This document shows positions 10,400 through 20,444 of a stretch of 33,557 bases of DNA, in pieces. The notes under the pieces were generated by a model. It saw nothing but the letters and a program-made list of their open reading frames with translations. It did no database searches and was not told the origin of the DNA. Both the position numbers and the translations under genes were made by a program. The stretch's first letter is position 1, and each line of letters opens with the position of its first letter. The stretch spans positions 1-33,557 of the forward strand of contig JBNGIO010001516.1 of assembly GCA_049999805.1 (NCBI GenBank), in the 5' to 3' direction. Source of the stretch: Folioceros fuciformis. Taxonomy: Eukaryota.

Positions 10400-11978
10400 G
10401 TACCGGGGCCAGGTGTTGTGATGCTCACCTGCACAGATGTCCGCTTGCCGAGGAGTGTGGGTTCAGGTGGTAAGTGGTGGGCGCGTGGGGGCACTGGCCA
10501 TGGCAAGATGTGGGCGGATATGGTTGGCTGCTGGGTGGCCATGCCATTGGGTTCGACTTGCTGTGTTTGTCTGTAGTGGTATGTATGGGTGGGTATGGCT
10601 GGCCATGCGTGCAACTGTATCCATTTTACCAGTACATATATGTATGTAAGTCTGACATCCATTGGTGTGATACATATGGAGACCCGAAACACTGTGTGTG
10701 GCTGGCTTGTAGATCGGGAAGGGGCCAAGGGGGGGCGTTCAATGGAGAAATGGGACTACCTACAGACACCCTGTGCATGCAGACTGTAAACAGTAGTGTG
10801 GACTTGCATATTGTATTGCGCATGAGGGGGGTGACGTGGTGGTTGGAGCAGTTAAGTGTGCGCATAACTGCCTCCCAGTCGGCTACAAGGATGAGCTCTC
10901 ATGACCAGAATCTGGGTGTGGCAGAAGTGGTGTGACAGTCGCTGTTAGACGCGTCCAAGGAGTCCCAATCGCTCCGACGTTGGCAGTTGCAGAAGGTTCA
11001 CATTATGTACTGTACTTGTCTACACTCTACTGCACACTGTTGCAGGCTCCCCATGTGCTGCGAGGATCAGGCGCATGGCAGAGGCATGCTCCAGACACAT
11101 ACACAATGATGTACCCTCCCCCTACCTGGCGAGTGGCTGCGACTTCCCCGGTACCAACACTGCCGCTTTCCCTTTCCTCTGTCACCATCCGTGGAAGGAG
11201 GCTGTAAGAGGGCGAGCGTCTGGCCCTGACCATTGTGCCGTGAACACTGGAAATCCAACCCCCACATGTGACTTGGAGCTGCCGGCAGGAGCAGCTGCTT
11301 TCCCCAGTTTCCCAGACAGGTTCCTGATGGGTGTCAGAAACAAGGAAAGGATGTACAGTATGTATCGCTACTACTGTACGCGGGGTTGTCGCATCCCATG
11401 GCTCTCGGGACTGGAAGCCTGGTTGGGTACACGCATACGTATGGAGCTTAGCCTACTTCTATTCTGGTTCAGGGCATGGGTACGTAAAGACATGGAGCTT
11501 AGCCTAGTTCCGGTACAGAAGATAGGCCATGGGCCGTGCTCCGAGTGGCCCCCTCCATGGGCGGGGAGCCTGTGAAGCGCTCTGGGAATTCAATCAAGCA
11601 GGGGGAGCGGAATCTGGGGTGCTCGATCCCTCCCGACTCCCCCCAGTCTTCGTCCCAGTTGTCGTCCAAGTCCCCGCACATGTGGTGCACCTCGAGGCGC
11701 AGTGGTGCGTCCTGGAAAGCCCTTCAGCTTTTTCTTTTGGGGACTTGGACAGGCCCTGGCGCCCCGATGCCCTGCCCATGTTCTCGGCCTGCTGCATGCG
11801 CTTTTGCGCAGGGCGCGGCGTCACAACACGCGTCCGAGCTTGCATTCCTAAATAATCACAGCTCTGCCACTGCGTCGACGCGTCTTTCGTCCTCGCACCA
11901 CCACGCAACGGCCCAGCAAGACTAGTCCACGACTATGCTACGCCATCGTGCCATGAGACGAGATAACAAGAGACGTAT

Positions 11979-12026
11979 TCCGGATCCTTGCCTTGCTGCA
12001 TCCGGATCCTTGCCTTGCTGCATCCG
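11979..12026. repeat. Exact 22-bp tandem duplication
   Basis: tccggatccttgccttgctgca at 11979-12000 and 12001-12022, followed by tccg. Confidence 0.9.
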
Positions 12027-13329
12027 CATCGCATTGCACCTTCCCTGCTTAACAGATTGACATGAACCACAAATATCAAGAGGAGCAACGGGCGATGGGA
12101 GATGGCTGACGGCTGACGGGCGTGGCACCCTTCTCTGCTTCGATCATACGGGCCTACGAACAATGCTTCCAGACCCGGGGACTGAGCTATGCACGCGTCC
12201 TTTCTTTTATTCACCCCGTTCCATGACATAACTTAGTGAAGGGAACACGCTTCTCCCACTCTCTTCCCTCAGAATTCCCTGACTAACACATTGGGCCACA
12301 ACTGGGGCAGGGCAACGTTTTTAATTCGTGTTTATTGCCCCATTCTTTTTTTCCCCTGCTCGTCACCGGAGGACACGACCTCACTGCAGACGTCCAACAC
12401 GCATGGCCAACGTCGATGCGCACAACCTTCCTTCCCAGCCTCCGTTCGTCGTCTCCAAATTCCAACCGGGCCCAGCGCCTATTAATAAGGCGGGCAGGCA
12501 GGTGTTGCAAAACCAGACCCGGCATCAAACGGGGATCGGATCCGGGTGACAGAAACCTGGTGCAGGCACCGGCCATGGCCACCAATTACAACTCCTACGC
12601 CTCCCTTCCGCAGACCAGCTTTTCGGCTGCAACCCTTAGGGGCTCTTCCTGGCCGTTGGGCACCCATGTCCCATGTGCGTTACGGTGACGCGTACATTGC
12701 ATCGGTCGATAGATGTGAAATTGGGCGGAGCAGGCCCGACACATGTGCAGGCGGGTCGAGTACAAGTCACTGTGCTCGCTCACTAATCGACCGAGAGTTA
12801 GCAGACAGGTGAAGATGGGATGTGTACCCTGACTTAGGCATCGGGCAATCGGACTTTCTCCCTGCTGCCGACACATAGCATCCACACAAAATTTGTGTGC
12901 ATAACGCGGGTGCTGGTCAAAGATGACGGGAAGGGAAGGCATGCACGTCGTCTGCAGCCTGGCGTGCCTGACCTGACACAGCACTCCGTGTTGCACGCGA
13001 CATGGGTACGTAGACTCCCTGCCTCCACTTGCTGTCCGACGCAACCAGAGTACAAAGCTGAGCAGTTTGCTTGCCCCGAAACCACGTCACTAGTAACGCC
13101 GCCTGGTACCAGTTTACCAGGATGTGAGAACAAGGACGCAACGAGGGAAGGAAGGCAGGGAAGGAAGGAAGAAATGTCTGCTGCTAGAACCTCCTACAGA
13201 AGCTTCGGGGAGTGTGTTCATGTGTGAGGGCAAGACCGGAACTCGTTACCGGCCAAGGAAGGAACACTGATCTGGGGTTCTAGAACACGGCAGTGCAACA
13301 GGTATCCAGGTCCAGCCTTTGTCCCCTCC

Positions 13330-16300
13330 TCACCCGAGCTCCAGGCTGGCCGCGTCGTCTTGCTTCACCACCACGTCAACCAGGTCGAAGCTCTGTGCGA
13401 TGTCACTGTAAGCTTGGCACACAATGAGAACGGTGCCTTGTGGCAGGTCTCGCAGCGCCGAAATCACTCTCGCTTTGCCCTCCCCGTCCAGATGCTGCAG
13501 TCAAGTGCAGTGCGGTTGCCCGACATCAGAGAGATGGCATGACTTGTAAAAGGCGTTCAACTTCACTTTACCAGAAAGATGGTTCAACTTGATATGCGTA
13601 TCACGTCATGAATGACAGCTGCTTCTTACCTGCAGCACCTCGTCCAGAACCAGAAGATCACAGTGCAGGCCGCCTCTCTCGGCTGCAAGCTCAGCGTACC
13701 CCAAGGCCAGTGCCAGTGCCTGCAATCGACCACCATGAGCTTGATCAACATCCACATTAATAACGAACACACATGGACTAGGTGAAAAACAGGCCAAGGA
13801 CATGTGCCCCTCACCAGCCTGCGACGCTCACCCCCGCTCAGCTGGCGGAGGGCACGTTCCTCGGTCGTACCGTCCGCCAAACGGACAGCAGCTATCTTCT
13901 CGATGCTCTCCACACTAGTCTTGGTTGATTTCCGTTCCCTGGTAGGTTTCAACAAAAGGTCCAATGCCCCTCCGGAGAAAGCATGTGCGAAACGAGCTGT
14001 CCGTTCTTGGAGCTCGGCCAATGCACTTTCCAACACGTAGCTCTGCAGCACGGAGAAAGATGCTTCATGTGTGTGAGCCCCATGTGAACAAAAGCACCAA
14101 GATAGTAGGTACCGAGGCACTGGAAGATCCTAGTACCTGGATACCGCTGTGGCCAAATGCTGCATCTATTTCCTTCAGCCATAGGGCGGATTGCTTTGCT
14201 TGCTCCAGGGAGGCCACCTTCTCCTGCAGTTCCCTATCCACTCGACTTTGGTACTCGGAGAGGGACTTGTACTCTGCTGCATAAAGGTTTTTCTCGGTCC
14301 TTGCCACATCCAGGGTCCGCTGGACATCCTGCAACCTCCTGGTGCAAACCCTTGCATCAGCCACTTTTCCGTTAAGCTCCACCACCAGTTGTCGCAGTTG
14401 TTCCAGTTTTGGTTCAAGGGAGTCATCGAAAGCAAGAGCTTGATTTTGGCTTTCTCTACGATCTGTATCCGCAGATTGAGAGTGCAGTTCGGGGGACACG
14501 TCCTTCAGTTCACGTGAGATGAAGCTGCAAGCTTCCTCCACACAAACTTTCGCGGATGCAACGGCCTCCCAAGTTCTGTTCACCTGACGACACAGTCAAT
14601 TCAAAGTATGAGCAATACGGATTGTAAGAAGACTGTCGCGTAAAGCCTTCTCAATCCACAAACTTACCCGAGCAAGAACCTTATTAGACTTCTCCTTCTG
14701 CCAAGCACGTGCGCTCTCTTGCTGTCGGCTCTCTTCCATCGTTGCTGCAGTCAAAGAGAGAATTTTTTGTGCCTTCTCCAATCTTGCCTGGAAATGTGTA
14801 GGTCTGTCAGTCACAGCATTTCGACGACTTACCTCAGCCACTGTCCAACAGATAATACAAACATGAAAAGGTTTGCGACACTCACAGCTTCCAGATTCAC
14901 TATCCTCTGCCGCAGGGCAGTGATGTCCTTCGATAGGCGTGATACGTGCTCAGAAATATGACTCTCAGAAATATCCTGGTGACAGTGGTCACAGAACAAT
15001 GTGTTCGACGTGCTCTCCTGGAACTTCTTCAGCGTATTCGCCCTCTGACTTACAGCATCTAGTGCGAGTTTGTACTGAAACATTCAGAGTCATGTCCATT
15101 CAGACACATCCAGGCGATTGCTTGCATCGCAGCAGTGCATCCAAGACTCCTAGCCCGTCCACCCCTACAACAGGGGTGAGGGGTGGAAATGCTGACCTCT
15201 ACGTCGATCTCTGCTTGCTGTCTCACAAGTGAATCACGTTCCTCTGACCGAATGCTAAGGGAAGTACCACTGAGTTCTTGTGGAGGAACTGAATCAGAGA
15301 CCAATAACTGCTCCAGAGAAATTGCAAAAGAATCCCACTCCCTTGCAGAATCTTGCACCATCTGCAAACAGCGAGTGCACTCTGCTGATGCTCTTCTCAG
15401 CTCCACTTGAGCCAGAAGAAGTTCAGATTCCATACGAGACAATTTTCTGGTCCTGGAAACATGAAGCAGAGAGTTGTGACCAAACCATGCACATCACTGG
15501 TGCTCCTTCAAACACTGTATCACCGAAACACTTGGCTATTTCCAAACGCCTCCTCTCATATGCATCACAGGAGAATAGATGGAACTACTTACTGTGATTG
15601 CTCCCAATCATGCACACGTTGATACGAAAGCTTCACCTACAGGTTGGACAGCTCAAGACACAGCTGAGGTAAGCAAGAATTCCGTTTTGGTCAATACTTG
15701 CAGGTACTTGATATCCCTTTTTTATGTCCAATTCTTCGTGTCCGAGTAGAAAGAGCAAAATCGTGTAAAATTCCTCTCCTGCACCTGATCTGAGAGCTGC
15801 ATGTTTTGTTCGGATAATTGGGCAGCCGCTCCTCCCATGTTCTCTACTTGATCTCGCACTTGCCTAAGGTCTGTGGAGCTTTTCTCCTTTGCTGCAAACC
15901 AAATTTCCATCAAGACTACTCTGCTGAGCTCCTCCTGCAGAACCAACTCTGCCATGAGAGACCTATACTTCATGACCTAAAAGCATAGAAACCTTGGCTA
16001 CATCTTACCTTGAAAGTTTTATCGTTAGCTTCAAGCAATCCACCAACCCCATACTGCCCATGAAAAACGGCTCGGTGCAATAGAGTCGTATTTCTGTCAG
16101 AAAACATGATTAGTAAGAAGGTAAGTGCCGTGCCAGTACAAAGCAGGGGCATTGGCAAGAATGATTGACGGATAACACTTACAAGGATGCGTCTATTCGT
16201 TCTTGAGTCATCTTAATCTCCTGGCATGTTTGATCCTCTTCATCCAAAATAAATCTCAGCGATTTCCGACTGAACCAGCATGTACGCTGCTGGTAAGCAA

Positions 16301-18874
16301 TGTCGAACACCGACCATCACAGAAAGGAACAGCAATCCTGTGTGACATTACCTGCCTGTCGTCCGCTCAATTATAAAAGGCTTCTCATTGACTGTGCCCT
16401 CCACCTGGACTCGAGCTCGTTTCGCCTTGTAATGGACAACGTCGGATGATGTTAAGCCTTTCGCTGAGTCTGGTCGTGGATCTGTTGAACCTGAAATACA
16501 AGTTACAGCATACCTGACATTAGTGACGGATCTTAAGGGAAAGCAACTGCTGGGACACAAGAGCAGATTTACCTGTGATCGCCCACAGGGGAGCCATTAC
16601 AAGGGTAGTCTTCCCAGCACCATTACTATCAGCTCCATAGGAATCTGAGTTTCTTCCAGAAACAACCCGTATTCCCCGCTGTGCAAGTGGATATGTCACA
16701 GGATCCAAGAAGGGGCCAAATCCCTCCAGCTCAACAGACTTCAACACCAGAGAAACTACAATTGAACAAAGCTTCAGTAAGGGAACACAACAGACAGGGA
16801 CGCAAAATCACGACAGCTTTCTGGAGCCGTTGTGAAAACCTTGAGGCCTCTGAATGGCATTAGCAGGCAACGGCAACGAATGGAGGATCTCTATAGCCAT
16901 TTTCGTGGCCCCAGTACTCATGTTCACACTCTTTGCAAAAAGTCTGAACAGTTCAAACGCATTCTGCAAGGTCAACAAATGACGTAAACACCCAAGCTGA
17001 AAAATAATAGATTCCTAGAGAGCAACGTTCACCATAACGAAATCAGCCACCTCTACTGACCAGGTCCTCAGCATTCTCAATGCGGGGCCTCGGAGCAATG
17101 CTCGGAAACACAATGTCAATATGCACTCCTTCACGCTTAAGCTTAGTCTGTTCCAAAAGCCAGGTGAACCTCAGTGAAACCTACCACTGCATGGGGCACA
17201 TAATACCCCGAGATGTCCGTATGCAACCATGATACAAAGAAATTCGAACAAGGCCATACAAAACAGGCTACCAAGAGTTTTTTGGAAGCGTTTGACAGTG
17301 TCTCCGTCGGCACGAGCCAGCGTACACGGTCACCTTTCCGGAGAGATTGTATGGCATCTGTGTCTAGCATTTCATTTTCATACACATAATGGCGTGGCCC
17401 AATGTCAATGGGGATCTCACCAACTTTCTGCAGGATCAGGAAATTCACGATGGTCAAAGACGTCCATAGCTTGCACGTGAACATGGTTAAACAAGAAAAA
17501 GGAGTTGCAAGATCCCGTCCAATAATGCTTACTCACTTCCCACTGATGATTAAGAAGCAAAAGCCTCTTTGCCTGTCCAGTTTCGCTGGCAGAAACCTGA
17601 TAGGGCGAGCCAACGTACTCAACCTGACTGCCCTTGACAACATGCGGCTTATGGTAGTGGCCCGTAAACACTGACAGATGTGAAGGGAAAATGGATGGAT
17701 CAATGCCATCGCTTGCCTGCCGTTGCTCATTCATGTAAGCCCCAACCTGATGCAGCTCACGCCTGTTCCTGGTTAGTCATTTCAGCAACCAAGTGAAAAC
17801 GATGTAACTAACACATGAGAACGTACCACGTCAAGGTGGGCGAAGATGACCCTTGTGTCAGAATGGCTTGCCACAGCATCCTTGATAACATCTGGCTCCC
17901 GTCGAAAGGGTAGCCACAATGCTCCCAAGTACTGAGTGGGCTCTGATATGACTTTAATAAAATAATTTGTAGCTTCCAGCACACTGAGAGCATGAATCTC
18001 CCCGCCATGATTGACCTGCAGAGTGTACGTATAAAACTTGATACGCTCATGGTAGTGAGCTGTGACTGGGCATCTTCAGAGGGTGCTACGAGAAAGACCT
18101 GGTCATGGTTGCCCGGTATGAAAATTGTTGGACAGGACCATGTCTGCAGCTCAGAAACGGCTAAGTTCAACAGCTCGACTGGGAGAGCTCCTCTCGTATG
18201 CCAAAAGTCTCCTAAAAATATTATCCCTGCATTCCTGGACAGCACAAAAAAGTACAGTTGAGAGCTTGAGCAAAAGAAGAGAGCAGCCTCTGACATGCTG
18301 TGTCCACAGGGAGGAGGGAAAAAACGTCAGACCTTGCAGATGCCTCGGCATGCACAGTTTGAAGCACTTCCAAGCAGATGTCAGCAGTTCTCCTGCTCAA
18401 GTGCAGGTCCGAGAAAACCACCCATGTCTTCACCTCTGCCCATATATCGGCATCTGTGAGCAGTCCCTGAAGCAAAAGACAGATGTTGGTCAACATTCGC
18501 TCTCAACAAACGGGTCCCATTCTTCACCGACGGACCTTCAAACACTCTACCTTCAACCTTTGTGCTGTAGATGCAAAAGGCGACAAGTTCGGATTCACAA
18601 ACTCGTCAGGCACCACCGTGTTCTGTTGTGCTTTCAACCCTCGGAGTAGGCTCTCCTGAAAATGCAAACTTGCCGCAACGCAGCGAAGCAGCCTCTGGCC
18701 TTCTCCCCTCTTCCTTAACAGCCTGTGCTCGAGATCATGTCCATACGTCAGCTGAGCCAAACCTTGCACCCTCCAGTGAACCAGCCTCGCGCAATGGCAC
18801 CTCAAACCGACGTCTTTGCACCTCACAAGAACAGAGGAAGGCAAGCGCAGAACTCCAGGCCCTGAGAGCACCAT
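13330..18874 (-). CDS. SbcD/Mre11-like nuclease fused to SbcC/Rad50-like ABC ATPase (single-chain SbcCD), with putative N-terminal organelle targeting peptide; 21 exons, ~1185 aa
   Basis: Exons 18874-18536, 18466-18333, 18234-18099, 18015-17827, 17746-17537, 17427-17272, 17147-17061, 16963-16840, 16755-16573, 16490-16352, 16269-16183, 16093-16009, 15934-15785, 15636-15593, 15452-15197, 15074-14886, 14787-14668, 14583-14137, 14042-13815, 13719-13630, 13494-13330. All introns are GT-AG, the total is 3558 nt, and phases are consistent. Metallophosphoesterase motifs: VFSDLH, FLGDFWH, IPGNHD, IFAHLD, FTGHYHKPH, YVGSPYQ. ABC motifs: LKSVELEGFGPF, Walker A SNGAGKTT, Q-loop VFHGQ, CDHC hook, signature LSGGERRR, Walker B/D-loop LLVLDEVLQHLD. 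The start ATG is inferred. Confidence 0.9.
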
Positions 18875-20444
18875 AACTAGGAAACAGCCTGGGCCAAGGT
18901 CCTCATCGCAGAAGCAGCTCCCCCGCCAATCCACAGCCCAAGCTGCATTCGCACCGTGGTCCTCGTATGTTCATGGGCACTTCAGCTCAGTCCTCGCATC
19001 AAAGAACTGGACCCTTCACGAGAGTGCAAGAAGATTAAGGACTGTTCAAATTCTTTAAAAGATCAGGGAAAAACCGATTAATTTTCGCCCTTTGAACTGA
19101 GGGGAGGACAATTTAGCGGGAGGCCACTGTGGACAGTACACATATACCTGCTGCCTTATTCATGGTCAGCAAGAGGTGATGGGATCAAGCACATGGAGGC
19201 AACAAAGCCATGGCACTGACTCCTTCCATGATACATCCTAATGGGGTCGGTTTGCTCATGGTTCCCACCAGCACCACTGAATCCCAATTCATGTCTCTCA
19301 TCCAGCCCTTGAATCCAGCTCCGAACTTATTTAGTTGGCCCTGGACAGTCGGCCAAGTACATCCAAGGGCACAGAATGCAATTGGAGCCATTGTTCGTCC
19401 TGGCACCCGACTTTTCGAGCTCTGAAGTATCCCGGTGACGACCTGCCCAACAAGTGACGATGGCGGCAGCTGCCGTCCCAAGCAGGGAGTGCGGTCGAAG
19501 GGCTTGCAGTATCTGCTATGGTTTTGAGAGGTTGCCACCTCGTCGTGTAGGGCACTTGTGGCTAGCGAGATGGCATTTCAGGTGCAGGAGAATTGATTAA
19601 CCATGGCGACCTGTCATAGATCTGCATTTAGAGAGAGAATTGGTGAACAATGGTGTGGGCTGGAGCGGCGTGAGGAGGAGGGCCCGCCTTGCTTTCCCCG
19701 ACGCCAGCTGCAAATGCTATTCAGCTGGCAAGAACGGGCTGTCTTTCACCAGAAGTAGCTTCAAGGCTTGGCTTGATGGGAGAGCCCATGAGCTAAGCAT
19801 GTTCGACTTAGGATTGAAGCAACCGAGCAGAATGTTTTCAAAAGCCCAGAAACCAATTGAACTTCATCATTCTAAGCGAAAATCGGGTTTCCTGTCACAA
19901 GAGTACCTCATTTCCATGTAAGGGGAGATGTTCATTGAGCATTGGCAATGAGCAAAACTGCAAAAGCCTTATGTTAGATGGAAATATATCCTTCCATCTT
20001 ACAACAGTTGGTTTGTGGGCAAAGAGGCAGAATACAAGCTTTGCTCCCTCGCAAAGGTGCTATGTGGAACATCTTAGCTAGAGATGCAAGGAACACATGT
20101 GTAAAGGAAAATGTAACGGCACTTTCTCTACAGGCATATAATATTCACAATAGCGCAAAAGAAGACCTTAGAGACAAAGAGACAACGTTGCCTTCGGTAA
20201 GTGGATCAGCTTCGTTTTGTAAATAGAAGAAAGATCGAAGAATGCACGCACTTTTGATTGTTCATTTTTGTTAATATGGTGGTTACTTGGCAAAACCTGG
20301 TAAAAAATGGTGAGACGAGATAATAATGATAAATACCATGATATAATTATTTTTATTTTTATTACATAAAATATTTAAAAATCAACTTTAGTTGAATTGA
20401 GTTCAGCAAAATTCTGGTGAAAAGGAAAGGGCTAAATAAACTAG

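Noticed and set aside
9649-13227. Many 60-217 aa ORFs between LRRC6 and the SbcCD-like gene, including a small Kozak-context ORF MATNYNSY... near 12574
   Set aside because: No recognisable domain or consistent splice structure. Such ORFs are expected in GC-rich DNA, and expression data would be needed to support any of them.
14833-14840. Possible 8-bp microexon (ag|TGGCTGAG|gtaag) in the fusion gene
   Set aside because: It would break the frame and leave two ~45-bp introns, whereas direct splicing from 14886 to 14787 is in phase.
13330-18874. Interpreting the SbcCD-like locus as bacterial/phage contamination or as canonical nuclear RAD50/MRE11
   Set aside because: Twenty spliceosomal introns and plant neighbours show it is a host nuclear gene. 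Its size, fusion and motifs (LSGGE, compact nuclease) do not fit canonical eukaryotic RAD50 or MRE11.
19185-19921. ORFs of 71-117 aa between the fusion gene and ABCG
   Set aside because: No recognisable homology in any frame I translated.
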